Source: Candidatus Liptonbacteria bacterium (GTDB lineage: Bacteria; Patescibacteriota; Minisyncoccia; UBA6257; 2-01-FULL-56-20). From it: a DNA stretch of 64,000 nucleotides. The stretch lies in NCBI GenBank assembly GCA_016867315.1, contig VGJV01000001.1, positions 130,649-194,648 of the forward strand. Reading direction: 5' to 3'. Position 1 is the stretch's first letter, and the number at the start of each line of letters is the position of its first letter. This document shows, one piece after another, positions 19,207 to 28,872 of this stretch. The notes under the pieces are model-generated. The model was not told the origin of the DNA, made no database searches, and saw only the letters and a list, made by a program, of their open reading frames with translations. A program made the translations under genes and the position numbers.

Positions 19207-19743
19207 ATGGCAGGACATTCTCATTGGGCCGGAATAAAGCATAAAAAGGAAATTACCGATAAGAAAAAAGGGGCTACTTTTTCTAAGCTCCTTGCAGCAG
19301 TAACTGCAGCCGCAAAAAGAGACCCGAATCCGGATTTTAACCCCCGCCTCCGTACAATGGTCGAAAAGGCTCGAGCTCAGAATGTCCCCGCCTCGAACAT
19401 CGAGCGCGCAATTCAGCGCGCGAGCGAAGCAGGGGGAGCAATTGAAGAGCTTCTTTTTGAAGCGTACGGCCCAGGAGGGGTGGCGCTGCTTATTGAAGCT
19501 ACTACGGATAGCAAAAATCGGACGGTTGCAGAGGTAAAAAAGCTCCTTACGGATTTTGAGGGGAAATGGGCCGAGCCGGGCAGTGTACGGTGGGCCTTTG
19601 AGGAAATGCCTGGAGGAGGGTGGACTTCTAAGTTCCCTCTCGCCATCGACACCGAAGTGGCCGCGAAACTGCACTCATTAGTGGAGGCTTTGGAAGAGCA
19701 TGCGGACGTCCAGGCGATATATACTAATACTTCTCAGTTTTAA
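19207..19743 (+). CDS. yebC: YebC/PmpR-family protein (short form)
   Basis: MAGHSHWAGIKHKK, NPRLR, EAYGPGG, DVQAIYTN. Confidence 0.93.
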   Translation: MAGHSHWAGIKHKKEITDKKKGATFSKLLAAVTAAAKRDPNPDFNPRLRTMVEKARAQNVPASNIERAIQRASEAGGAIEELLFEAYGPGGVALLIEATTDSKNRTVAEVKKLLTDFEGKWAEPGSVRWAFEEMPGGGWTSKFPLAIDTEVAAKLHSLVEALEEHADVQAIYTNTSQF

Positions 19744-20216
19744 TGGTTATTTTAGGAATCGACCCAGGCACTCATCGTGTGGGTTATGGATTTATCGAGA
19801 GCGAGCAGGGTGAATGCCGCTATCTCGCTGCAGGATTGCTCGCGGTTGGGCGGGCACAGCCTCATGCACAACTCCAGAAAATCAAACAAGAGTTGGACTC
19901 CCTAATCCATACCTTCAGCCCTGAGGCGTTGGCGCTTGAAAAACTTTATTTCACTAAAAACCAGAGGACTGGGATTTCGGTAGCCCAAGCGCGCGGCGTC
20001 ATTCTTCTTGCGGCGGCAGAACACTCTCTTCCCGTCGCAGAGTTCGGCCCCAGCGAACTCAAAGCCCATCTTACCGGGTATGGCTCTGCGGATAAGGCAG
20101 CGGTTTTCAAGATGGTGAAGCTTAGTCTGCGGTGTCCCACTTTGGATGTTATCGACGATGCAAGCGATGCGCTGGCACTCGCACTCGTCGCGCACTTTAC
20201 TAAAAGTTTTGCATAA
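19743..20216 (+). CDS. ruvC: Crossover junction endodeoxyribonuclease RuvC
   Basis: ILGIDPG, AQARGV, GYGSADK, DDASDALALA. Confidence 0.96.
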   Translation: MVILGIDPGTHRVGYGFIESEQGECRYLAAGLLAVGRAQPHAQLQKIKQELDSLIHTFSPEALALEKLYFTKNQRTGISVAQARGVILLAAAEHSLPVAEFGPSELKAHLTGYGSADKAAVFKMVKLSLRCPTLDVIDDASDALALALVAHFTKSFA

Positions 20217-20369
20217 ATTAGCATGAACCCACGCCGTGGGGCTTGACAACTATTGTGGCTCCACTATAACAAGTGAAGATGTTACAACGCTTGGGAAATC
20301 CCCGGCGATTCACTAGAAGCAAAAGGTCGAATCAGAACTATTCATTCTGATTCCAAACGGTATTTATTC

Positions 20370-20534
20370 ATGACACGGGATTCTTTAGAACTGCATTCGC
20401 GAGGTTTGAGCGACGAAGAGGATGACAGTGAGTCTCCAATGACTTTCGGGGAAGAATTGGAGGAGTCCTTGCTTCCGAACGAAGAGGAGGGGGGAGAGCA
20501 ACGCTACGAAGAACGCTTCGAATTCAGCGAATGA
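20370..20534 (+). CDS. Small, highly acidic protein (54 aa), below the ORF-track cutoff
   Basis: MTRDSLELHSRGLSDEEDDSESPMTFGEELEESLLPNEEEGGEQRYEERFEFSE; own promoter (TTGACA-16-TATAAC at 20243) and terminator. Confidence 0.6.
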   Translation: MTRDSLELHSRGLSDEEDDSESPMTFGEELEESLLPNEEEGGEQRYEERFEFSE

Positions 20535-20549
20535 TCCGTATGGTTCTTG

Positions 20550-20577
20550 CCCCGCCCCTCAAAGGGCGGGGTTTGTT
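20550..20577 (+). terminator. Intrinsic terminator
   Basis: CCCCGCCC-CTCAAA-GGGCGGGG then TTTGTT. Confidence 0.75.
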
Positions 20578-20642
20578 GTTTCTTCCGATCTAAATACATG
20601 GGGTTTTCACGAAGACTCTGAGAAGCTACAATAACGAGCGGA

Positions 20643-23150
20643 ATGACTTCACACACCCATCCGCATACCCCTCACCACACTCCCCACCCCCATATGTCGC
20701 GCCCTCGCTTTAAAAAGTGGCTGCGCAGGGGGATATTTTTTAGTCTAGGCGCTCTCCTTTTGGGCGTGGCTGCAGCATTTTTATTTTATTTTTCGCTTCG
20801 GAGAGATCTCCCTTCTGTGGAACAGATCCTCCATCGCCAAGTAGCCCAATCCACTAAGATTTACGATCGCACGGGGAAAATACTGCTCTATGAGATCAGC
20901 GGAGGAGAGCGACGCACTGTGGTGCCCATCGAGGATATCCCGAAACATCTTCAGGAGGCCACCATCGCAGTGGAGGATGAGAATTTTTATACCAATCCTG
21001 CGTTCGATTGGAAAGGAATTCTTCGCGCAGTATACGTAAACCTTCGCACGGGTAGTTTTTCTCAGGGGGCTTCTACTATTACTCAGCAACTTGCTCGAAA
21101 CGCATTCCTTACGCCCGAAAAGAGCGTGATCCGAAAACTTAAAGAACTTATTCTCGCCGTAGAAATTAATAAGCATTACACCAAGGAAGAGATTCTAGAG
21201 CTCTATCTCAATGAAATCCCTTATGGCCCCACCGCATATGGCGTCGAAGCCGCAACCCAAACCTTTTTTGGGAAAAGCGTGAAGGATATTTCTTTGGCAG
21301 AATCTGCCATACTCGCCGCCTTGCCCAAAGCTCCCACATATTATTCTCCGTGGGGAAGCCACCGCGCTCAACTGCTGGACCGAGCTCAATTTGTGCTTAA
21401 AAAGATGAAGGAGCTTGGATATATTTCTGAAACTGAATATCACGCCGCCCGCCAAGATCAAGTTACTTTTATTTCTCAGGGGCAGCTCATTAAAGCTCCG
21501 CATTTTGTAATGATGGTTCAGGATTACCTCACTCAAAAATACGGGGAGGACTTAGTGCGCCGCGGCGGACTCAAAGTAATCACCACTCTCGATTGGGAAC
21601 TCCAAGACCTCGCAGAGCGGGTGGTGCGAGCAGGAGTAGATCGAAATACTGCACTTTATGGGGGCTCGAATGCCGCGCTTGTAGCGCAAGATCCTAAAAC
21701 TGGACAGATCCTTTCTATGGTAGGTTCGCGAGATTATTTCGACACCGCAAATGATGGAAATTTTAACGTAGCCACGCAAGGGTTGCGCCAGCCAGGTTCT
21801 TCCTTAAAACCTTTTGTATATCTCACCGCTTTCGAAAAAGGATACGCCCCTCAAACAGTGATATTCGATACTCCCACGGAATTCGCGGCTCGCAATCCGG
21901 ACTGTCCCGTCGTTCCCACCTATCAACAGGAAGAAAATGGGGATGAGACGGGCTGTTTTCACCCCCGCAACTTCGATGGGACATTCCGAGGTCCTACATC
22001 TCTTCGGGAGGCTCTCGCCCACTCTCGGAATATTCCGGCAGTAAAATTACTTTATCTCGCCGGGGTGCGCGACGTTATTCAAAAAGCCTATGCCTTTGGA
22101 CTCTCCACGCTCACCAACCCAAGTGAATACGGTCTTTCTCTTGTTTTAGGAGGAGGTGCAGTGCATTTGAGCGATCTCGTTCAGGCTTACGCAGTCCTTG
22201 CTCAGGATGGGATTAAACACCCGCAGACGTATGTTTTAGAAGTTCGAGATGGCACCGGGGCGGTAATCGAAGCGTATCGAGAAGAGAGCCAAGAGGTTGC
22301 CCCAGCTCAAGCCGTGAGGCTCGTCAATGACATTCTCACTGACGTAGAAGCTCGGCGCGGACTTTTTGGAGGAAGTACCGCCTTTACCACTCTTCCTGAT
22401 CGGGATGTAGCACTAAAGACTGGGACATCGAATGATTACCGAGACGCATGGGCGATGGGGTTCACCCCCTCACTTGTGGTAGGGGTATGGGCAGGAAGAA
22501 ACGATAATGCCCCCATGCATAAGTTTGGGTCGAGTATTTTTGCTGCGGTCCCTATATGGCATGAATTTTTCTCAGCCGCACACAAAACTCGAAATTTTCC
22601 CGTGGAGGCTTTTGCTCAGCCCGAACCCGTAGCCCCTTCTAAACCTGTGCTCGGCGGAGATTATCTCACGAACAACGAACTTCATTCTATCCTTTATTAT
22701 GTGAATCGGAGCGATCCCACAGGCGCTCAACCCACAGACCCCTCCGAAGACCCCCAATTCGTGAACTGGGAAGCGGGCATCCTCACATGGGCCTCTCAGA
22801 ACCTCCCGAATTTTGCGCAATACAACAAAAACGCGCTGGTCGCCGGACTTATTCCCAAACTTGGAGGAATGGGCTTCCAAATAGAGACGCCTGCGAATGG
22901 TTCTCTCGTGCAAGGCAGCTTCCTTTTCCTTAAAGCCACTTTTTCGAGCCCCCGAGAAGCCTCAGAAATCCACATTCGCCTTAATGGGCAGCTCCTCGAA
23001 ACTATTCCGGGCCCTTTCCCATTGCAGAGTCCTTATCCTCTGCTTCGCACAATCCCCTTAGGAACTGGGCCACAACAAAATCTTTTGGAATTAGAAGCGG
23101 TGAACGGTACCGAACTTATTGCTAAAACCCATACGATCTTCTACCGCTAG
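20643..23150 (+). CDS. Class A penicillin-binding protein (PBP1A family)
   Basis: Glycosyltransferase EDENFY, GASTITQQLA, RKLKE; transpeptidase SSLKP, SRN, KTGT. Confidence 0.95.
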   Translation: MTSHTHPHTPHHTPHPHMSRPRFKKWLRRGIFFSLGALLLGVAAAFLFYFSLRRDLPSVEQILHRQVAQSTKIYDRTGKILLYEISGGERRTVVPIEDIPKHLQEATIAVEDENFYTNPAFDWKGILRAVYVNLRTGSFSQGASTITQQLARNAFLTPEKSVIRKLKELILAVEINKHYTKEEILELYLNEIPYGPTAYGVEAATQTFFGKSVKDISLAESAILAALPKAPTYYSPWGSHRAQLLDRAQFVLKKMKELGYISETEYHAARQDQVTFISQGQLIKAPHFVMMVQDYLTQKYGEDLVRRGGLKVITTLDWELQDLAERVVRAGVDRNTALYGGSNAALVAQDPKTGQILSMVGSRDYFDTANDGNFNVATQGLRQPGSSLKPFVYLTAFEKGYAPQTVIFDTPTEFAARNPDCPVVPTYQQEENGDETGCFHPRNFDGTFRGPTSLREALAHSRNIPAVKLLYLAGVRDVIQKAYAFGLSTLTNPSEYGLSLVLGGGAVHLSDLVQAYAVLAQDGIKHPQTYVLEVRDGTGAVIEAYREESQEVAPAQAVRLVNDILTDVEARRGLFGGSTAFTTLPDRDVALKTGTSNDYRDAWAMGFTPSLVVGVWAGRNDNAPMHKFGSSIFAAVPIWHEFFSAAHKTRNFPVEAFAQPEPVAPSKPVLGGDYLTNNELHSILYYVNRSDPTGAQPTDPSEDPQFVNWEAGILTWASQNLPNFAQYNKNALVAGLIPKLGGMGFQIETPANGSLVQGSFLFLKATFSSPREASEIHIRLNGQLLETIPGPFPLQSPYPLLRTIPLGTGPQQNLLELEAVNGTELIAKTHTIFYR

Positions 23151-23157
23151 CTCGCTC

Positions 23158-24267
23158 CTACGTCTTAAGGATAGGTTTCACTATGTATTGATAGGAAGCA
23201 TCCCCCACCGAACGAAAGAGGGCGGGGGTGTGTTCATCGTTCAAGCCTATAAACAGTTCTCCGCCGCGGGCTACGCGAAGCATATCGTGCACATATCGGC
23301 CATTAAAAAGCACCTCTCCATTTTCTCCTTGGATTTTTGCAGGAAGCATATATACATTTTCCCCCACTCCTTGAGAGGAGGAGCTTATCTCCACCGCTTT
23401 TTGATCTTTTGAAAATACTAGGCGAACCTCACTCGCTCGATCGTGAAACACACTGGCTAACTTTAAAGCCTCGATAAGATCTTCTTTTCCTACAGTAAGC
23501 TCGCTTTCGAAGGAAGCTGGAATGATGGCGGAGTATTCAGGGAATCTGCCCTCTACAAGCCGGGAGATACACTCCGCATTGGGCGTGGTGAAAAGGATTT
23601 GATTGTCATCCACATATATTTTTACATTCTCCCCTTCTTTTATCAGCCTCAAGAGTTCTTGGCTGGTTTTTAGGGGGATAAGTATTTGGAATTCTTCCCC
23701 AATATTTGAAGAGAATCGGGTGGAGGGGATTTGCTGTTCCGCTAAGCGAAAGCTGTCAGTGGCAGCGAGCGTGATGAGTTGTGGAGTAAAACGAAATGAA
23801 ACACTGTTTAGTTCTGGGCGAAGGTCAGAAAATTCGGTAGCAATGAGCACTCCTCCCAGAGCGTCCTTCAGCACCTCTGCCTTGCATTCAATGTATTTCT
23901 CCGTGTTTTTTATTTTGGGAATAATCGGAAAGTCTTCGGCGGATAAGCTTTGGAACGACGCGCGGTAGTTGTCAGAAGTAAGCGCGATGCTTTGTCCTTT
24001 TTGCTCTAGATTTACCCGTTCGCTCCTCAGTACGCTCAAGACCTCCCCGAAAGCTCGCGCGGGCACTGTGATTTTTCCATTTTCGATTACTTTTCCCGAT
24101 ACCCCATACTGAATCGCGATTTCTAGATTCGTACCCACAAGTGTAAGTTTATTGTTGTTTGCCTCGATGAGAATACTTTTTAAGATCGGAAGCGTGTCTC
24201 CGCCCGCAGCTCGGCTCACTGCGGCGATTCCTTCCATAATAGCTTCTCTTAAGGCGACGGCTTTCAT
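23158..24267 (-). CDS. dnaN: DNA polymerase III beta clamp
   Basis: LPILKSI, TNLE, RPELNSV, ATDSFRLA, GRFPEY; adjacent to dnaA. Confidence 0.97.
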   Translation of the reverse strand: MKAVALREAIMEGIAAVSRAAGGDTLPILKSILIEANNNKLTLVGTNLEIAIQYGVSGKVIENGKITVPARAFGEVLSVLRSERVNLEQKGQSIALTSDNYRASFQSLSAEDFPIIPKIKNTEKYIECKAEVLKDALGGVLIATEFSDLRPELNSVSFRFTPQLITLAATDSFRLAEQQIPSTRFSSNIGEEFQILIPLKTSQELLRLIKEGENVKIYVDDNQILFTTPNAECISRLVEGRFPEYSAIIPASFESELTVGKEDLIEALKLASVFHDRASEVRLVFSKDQKAVEISSSSQGVGENVYMLPAKIQGENGEVLFNGRYVHDMLRVARGGELFIGLNDEHTPALFRSVGDASYQYIVKPILKT

Positions 24268-24402
24268 AATAATTATTTATTTAATACTTAAAGATTATTG
24301 TTACTGTGGATGCTGTTGGTGTTGTGTGTATGTGGATGAGTTTGAGAGATCTTATATTTATGAAGGCTTTTTCATGAAGATCTCGTGGGGATGGGTTGGG
24401 GA
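24268..24402. other. Probable oriC (dnaA-dnaN intergenic region)
   Basis: Degenerate DnaA boxes (TGTGGATGC 24305, TGTGGATGA 24331) next to TAA/CAA trio-like AT-rich tract; by eye the + strand changes from C-rich to G-rich near here. Confidence 0.7.
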
Positions 24403-25761
24403 TCAAACCTTGTATATCATGTCTTTGATCATAAGGATTTTCTGGTTAAGAAGGGCGAACTTGTTCACATCTCGGCTGATTTTTTCGAATGAATGGATGG
24501 CGGTGGTGTGATCTCTCCCCAACCTTTCCCCAATGGATGGGTACGATAATTCCAACATATCCCGAAGAAGGTACATCGCGATTTGACGGGGTTCCACCAC
24601 CTCTTTCCGCCGGTTGTGGCTGATTAAATCTTCGACGGTGATGTTAAAGAACTCTGCTATAGCCTTGAGGATCTGCCCGTCGGTTACCCGGCGGGAAAGA
24701 TTTTGAACAGACTTTTCGATTATTTCTTCAGCGGCGGATTCGGTGATGGGGGCTTGTTTGCGTTCTTGGTAGAAGAGAATTTTATTTAATATCCCCTCTA
24801 GCTCACGAATATTTTTCTTTACGCGCTTGGCAACCACGTCTACCACCTCATCCGGAAGGATGCGGCTCATCTCTTGGAGTTTGCTTTTGATGATCGCTAC
24901 TCTCATTTCGTACTCCGGATAGCTTATATCCGCGATTAATCCCCCTTCAAAGCGAGAGCGGAGCCGTTCCTCAAGTGTGGGAATGGATTGAGGAGGGCGG
25001 TCCGAAGAGATAATGATTTGTTTGTTGTGCTCATAAAGCGCATTAAAGGTGTGAAAAAACTCCTCCTCTGTTTTTTCTTTGCCCCCGATGAACTGAATGT
25101 CGTCGATAATGAGCAGGTCTACATCCCGATATTTCTTTTTAATATCCTCCATCCTTTTGTTTCGGATTGCCCATACGACGTCGCTCGTAAATTTCTCGGA
25201 TGGAACGTACTTGGGGCGGATTTGGTTGTTATATTTCTTTTTTACCTCATTGCCGATTGCCTGAATAAGGTGGGTTTTGCCTAATCCTACTCCTCCGTAT
25301 ACGAAGAAAGGGTTATATTTGGTACCTACATCGTTTACTATCGCCGAAGCTGCAGCGAAGGCGAGCTCATTCGAGGGGCCTACCACGAAGGAGGAGAGGG
25401 TGTAGCGGGGATTGAGATTGGTTTCGGGATCGATTTTGAGTTCCAGCCCCATATGGGCCTCCAATCGTTCTACTCTGGGTGCAATAGGCGCAAGCTTTTC
25501 AGTGGTGGCGACGTGCTGCGGGGCCACTACAAACTCCAGTTTTCTCGCGGAATTATCGAAGTTTCGGATTATTCCCAAGAGATTCTTCTGATATTTGTTC
25601 TCTACCCACTCCTTCGCGAAATTATTAGGGAGTGCTATGTATAATGTGCCTTCCTGCTTATCTACCAATCTACTTTGCTTCAACCAGGTGGAGAAATTCG
25701 CACGTGAGAGCTGCACCTCCATCTCTGCAAGGGTGGACTGCCATAAGTCTTCTAAGTTCAT
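24403..25761 (-). CDS. dnaA: Chromosomal replication initiator DnaA
   Basis: YNPFFVYGGVGLGKTHL, IDDIQF, EEFFHTFN, RLRSRF, GRDHTTAIH. Confidence 0.98.
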   Translation of the reverse strand: MNLEDLWQSTLAEMEVQLSRANFSTWLKQSRLVDKQEGTLYIALPNNFAKEWVENKYQKNLLGIIRNFDNSARKLEFVVAPQHVATTEKLAPIAPRVERLEAHMGLELKIDPETNLNPRYTLSSFVVGPSNELAFAAASAIVNDVGTKYNPFFVYGGVGLGKTHLIQAIGNEVKKKYNNQIRPKYVPSEKFTSDVVWAIRNKRMEDIKKKYRDVDLLIIDDIQFIGGKEKTEEEFFHTFNALYEHNKQIIISSDRPPQSIPTLEERLRSRFEGGLIADISYPEYEMRVAIIKSKLQEMSRILPDEVVDVVAKRVKKNIRELEGILNKILFYQERKQAPITESAAEEIIEKSVQNLSRRVTDGQILKAIAEFFNITVEDLISHNRRKEVVEPRQIAMYLLRDMLELSYPSIGERLGRDHTTAIHSFEKISRDVNKFALLNQKILMIKDMIYKV

Positions 25762-25846
25762 AAAAGCAGGAGAAGAATATTCGCGACTAATGAGTTCATT
25801 GTAGGGAGATTTTGAAGGCAGTCAAAAGGGGTGCAAGCTCCTCGTC

Positions 25847-25866
25847 TGTGGATTTTCTGTGAATAG
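25847..25866. promoter_or_regulatory. Two degenerate DnaA boxes upstream of dnaA
   Basis: TGTGGATTT and TGTGAATAG. Confidence 0.55.
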
Positions 25867-25922
25867 TGCATTTTTCAATTCTTTTTTTGGCAAAAGTTTC
25901 TCCTTGTGGTAGAGTGGGAGGC

Positions 25923-26057
25923 ATGTCGCGAACGTATCAACCAAAAAAGAAGAAGCGAGCCCGAACCCATGGCTTTCTTTCGAGGCAACGGCGCCCTGGT
26001 GGGCGGGCAGTTTTGCGTCGGAGGCGGGCGAAAAAGCGCTATTCGCTTACTGTGTAG
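25923..26057 (+). CDS. rpmH: 50S ribosomal protein L34
   Basis: [21 protein letters not shown]. Confidence 0.96.
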   Translation: MSRTYQPKKKKRARTHGFLSRQRRPGGRAVLRRRRAKKRYSLTV

Positions 26058-26059
26058 GG

Positions 26060-26392
26060 ATGCTGCCGCGAAAGAAGAGGGCGACCGTGCCTGCGGTGCT
26101 CCGAGGAAGGCCAAAAACTCTCTACGCGTCTCCAAGTTTTATAGTTAAGGGAGTTCGTAATGCGGTGGGATATGGCAGATTTGGAGTAGTGGTGAGTCTT
26201 GGTGTGGATCGCCGCGCTACTCGACGCCATATGTTGAAGCGAATCGTGCTCAATGCAGCACGATCTTTCCCTCCCAGTTTTTCGTTAGACCTCATTTTTA
26301 TTTTAGGACGGCACTCTACGGAGCTTTCTCGAGCAGCGCTTCACGAGGAAGTGTTAAAAACCCTCGGGAAAGTGTCCCGGCAGTTCCCCTAA
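26060..26392 (+). CDS. rnpA: Ribonuclease P protein component
   Basis: RFGVVVS...RATRRHMLKR; conserved position after rpmH. Confidence 0.88.
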   Translation: MLPRKKRATVPAVLRGRPKTLYASPSFIVKGVRNAVGYGRFGVVVSLGVDRRATRRHMLKRIVLNAARSFPPSFSLDLIFILGRHSTELSRAALHEEVLKTLGKVSRQFP

Positions 26393-26401
26393 TAAGCAGC
26401 A

Positions 26402-27109
26402 ATGGAATATCTTTATAATACATTCTTATATCACCCTTTCCTTAATGCGCTGGTGCTTCTTTATAACACCGTAGCATTTCAGGATTTGGGAATCGCAATT
26501 ATTTTTTTAACTATTCTTATTCGGGTCGTTCTTTTTCCTCTTTTCCAGAAAAGCGTTCGTCATCAGGCAGTGATGCAACGCCTGCAGCCTGAAATCAAGA
26601 AAATTCAGGTTAAATATCCCAAGGATCGTGAGCAGCAGGCTAAGGAAATGCTTGCGCTCTATAAATCACACCAACTGAATCCTTTTTCAGGGTTCTTCCT
26701 TCTTCTTATTCAACTGCCTGTGCTTATCGCTTTATATCAGGTTTTTGTCAGTATTTCTGACCCGCAAACTTTAGCGCATGGAATATATCCTTTTGTGCAA
26801 ATTCCTGCGGAGTTGAAAGCCACCTTCCTCGGCTTGATTAATTTGAAGGCCCAGAGTATCTTCATGGTGGGTTTAGCGGCTTTTGCCCAATATTTACAAG
26901 GCCGCGCGGCGCTTCCTCCTCATGCGCCGGGGGACTCTTTAAGTGACGCGGAGCGAATGGGAAGGAATATGGTGTATATTGCTCCCATTCTTACTCTTCT
27001 TATTTTCTGGAGTTTTCCTGCGGCGGTCAGCTTGTATTGGTTGGTGAGTTCGATGGTGTCTATTGGACAACAGGTTATCGTGAACCGAGAACTTCGTATA
27101 AAGCAATGA
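26402..27109 (+). CDS. yidC: Membrane protein insertase YidC/Oxa1
   Basis: GIAIIFLTILIR, LQPEIKKIQ, NPFSG, QLPV, LYW. Confidence 0.95.
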   Translation: MEYLYNTFLYHPFLNALVLLYNTVAFQDLGIAIIFLTILIRVVLFPLFQKSVRHQAVMQRLQPEIKKIQVKYPKDREQQAKEMLALYKSHQLNPFSGFFLLLIQLPVLIALYQVFVSISDPQTLAHGIYPFVQIPAELKATFLGLINLKAQSIFMVGLAAFAQYLQGRAALPPHAPGDSLSDAERMGRNMVYIAPILTLLIFWSFPAAVSLYWLVSSMVSIGQQVIVNRELRIKQ

Positions 27110-27543
27110 ATTTCGAAACTTTCGTACAACAAATTTTGGAACGCATGGGTTTTCGAGATTTTCGCGTGGAAATCAAAGAGGATAATCGCGGAGAGATCTT
27201 TATTTATGAAAACCAGACTTTGGTCAAGGAATTTTTGCCGGTTTTGGTGATGAGTGTGAACCACCTCGTGCAGCTTGTGGCGAGGAAACAGGAGGTCCCC
27301 GCAATAGTTTTCGATGTGAATAATTATCGTCAGGAAAGAGAAAATTTGATTGCGGAGCTCGCTAAGGCAGCAGCGAAGAAAGTGCACGCCACAAAGTCCG
27401 CAGTGGCTCTGCCGGCCATGAACTCCTATGAGCGGCGGATAGTACATACTGCGCTCGCCGTGCATCCCGAGGTGGTGACCGAAAGCATAGGAGAGGGGAA
27501 AGATAGATACGTGATAGTGAAGCCTATTCCAGAAAATAAGTAG
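27106..27543 (+). CDS. jag: Jag/KhpB-like R3H-domain RNA-binding protein
   Basis: DVNNYR, PAMNSYERRIVH, ESIGEGKDRYVIV; position after yidC. Confidence 0.88.
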   Translation: MNFETFVQQILERMGFRDFRVEIKEDNRGEIFIYENQTLVKEFLPVLVMSVNHLVQLVARKQEVPAIVFDVNNYRQERENLIAELAKAAAKKVHATKSAVALPAMNSYERRIVHTALAVHPEVVTESIGEGKDRYVIVKPIPENK

Positions 27544-27679
27544 GCTATTTTAGGGCGGCGCAATCCGCAATAATGTGCGGCACGGATTTTTACTGCTGTA
27601 AAAATACTCTTGCTCCCGCCGCCTCGGTCCGCACGGCCGCACATCACTGCGGTTCGCCTTCTTTAGTGATCCCTTGCCT

Positions 27680-28870
27680 CTACTTCAGCGGAATTGAGTA
27701 GAGTCTGTTGTCGTGCCGGTTTTTGAAATACAGAGTGGAGTTCGAGAAATACAGCCGGGTGCCGTCTAGAGGAGAGTCGGGGGTGGGAAGAATTTGAGTA
27801 GTTCCATCTGCAAGATTAATTTTGTACAGTTTGTCGGAGGTTAGCACCGCCCCTTTGAAGTATGAGTCTGGAAGCATCGCGGTTTTCCAGTCGAGTGAAT
27901 CGTTTGGTACTGCACATACGAGGGTCCGGAGAGTAGTGGTGGCAGTGGGACGCAAGTTACTCATCGCGCATTTTTCCGGGAGCGTAAGAAAAGAAAGTTC
28001 TTCTTCTATTTCACCTTTCAAGGAGAGAAGGAAGAGAGAGCCATTCTTTCCGAACTTATCTACTGTGAACGCTAATCCTTGGGTGACGCTTCCCTTCCCC
28101 CAGTTCATAGTGAGTCCATATTGATCCAGGGCAAATTGCGACAGAAGGCGGGTTTTTATATCAAATGCCCACGCGGAGCTAGGGACGAGGCCGCTCGGAC
28201 GTTCCCAAAGTAAAATTTGGTTAGGAGAGGGCCAGGTGAGAATGAGATTTTTGAGGCGGCTCTTAAAAAGTTCTTGCGGTTTCGCGCGAGGATCGGCCAC
28301 ATCAATTGTGCCCAGAGTGAGTACGCCCCCTTTTTCCGCCAGGTAGGCAATGCGAGTATCCGTGGGAGACCAGGCGGCATCGAGGATTTGCAAAGGAAGA
28401 GACTGCCACGTTTTGGTTCTTATATCAAAGAGGCCTGCTTCGAACCCCGTTTCTCCTCCTCCAAAAAGGGTAAGTAGCCTTAGGCTATCGGGAGCAAAGG
28501 TAGACTTGCGGAGATTGGAAATGGGAGTAGGGCTCAGGGTACTCACTCCTCCTACGCGGACCTCTACGATTTTTCCATCTGGTTCGAGTGCAATTATTCC
28601 CCCATCGGGTTTTACCGCAAAGTCCCATACGGGGTTTGTATAGAGAAGCTTCACCGGCCCGGTTTGCGGGGGAGGGAGAACGGGCGAGATGGCGGGAGTG
28701 GTAGGAGTGGTGCTCGCTGGAGTCGTTCGCGACGCGGGGGCTAGTGGTAGGTCGGTTCCCGGAGCGGGCTCGGGAAGAGGGGTCGGACTTTCATATCGGA
28801 AGTAGAAAAACGCTCCGATGATAAGACCGAGTACTACCAAAAAAATGAGGAGGTACAGAAGGCGTTTCAT
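27680..28870 (-). CDS. Membrane-anchored protein with Pro/Thr linker and probable beta-propeller
   Basis: N-terminal TM; AWSPTDTRIAY (TolB/WD40-like); last gene of the T4SS-like operon. Confidence 0.75.
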   Translation of the reverse strand: MKRLLYLLIFLVVLGLIIGAFFYFRYESPTPLPEPAPGTDLPLAPASRTTPASTTPTTPAISPVLPPPQTGPVKLLYTNPVWDFAVKPDGGIIALEPDGKIVEVRVGGVSTLSPTPISNLRKSTFAPDSLRLLTLFGGGETGFEAGLFDIRTKTWQSLPLQILDAAWSPTDTRIAYLAEKGGVLTLGTIDVADPRAKPQELFKSRLKNLILTWPSPNQILLWERPSGLVPSSAWAFDIKTRLLSQFALDQYGLTMNWGKGSVTQGLAFTVDKFGKNGSLFLLSLKGEIEEELSFLTLPEKCAMSNLRPTATTTLRTLVCAVPNDSLDWKTAMLPDSYFKGAVLTSDKLYKINLADGTTQILPTPDSPLDGTRLYFSNSTLYFKNRHDNRLYSIPLK

Positions 28871-28872
28871 CG

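Noticed and set aside
20643-20693. His/Pro-rich N-terminus of PBP1A as a metal-binding tag
   Set aside because: Low-complexity and dependent on start choice; a second Met follows directly
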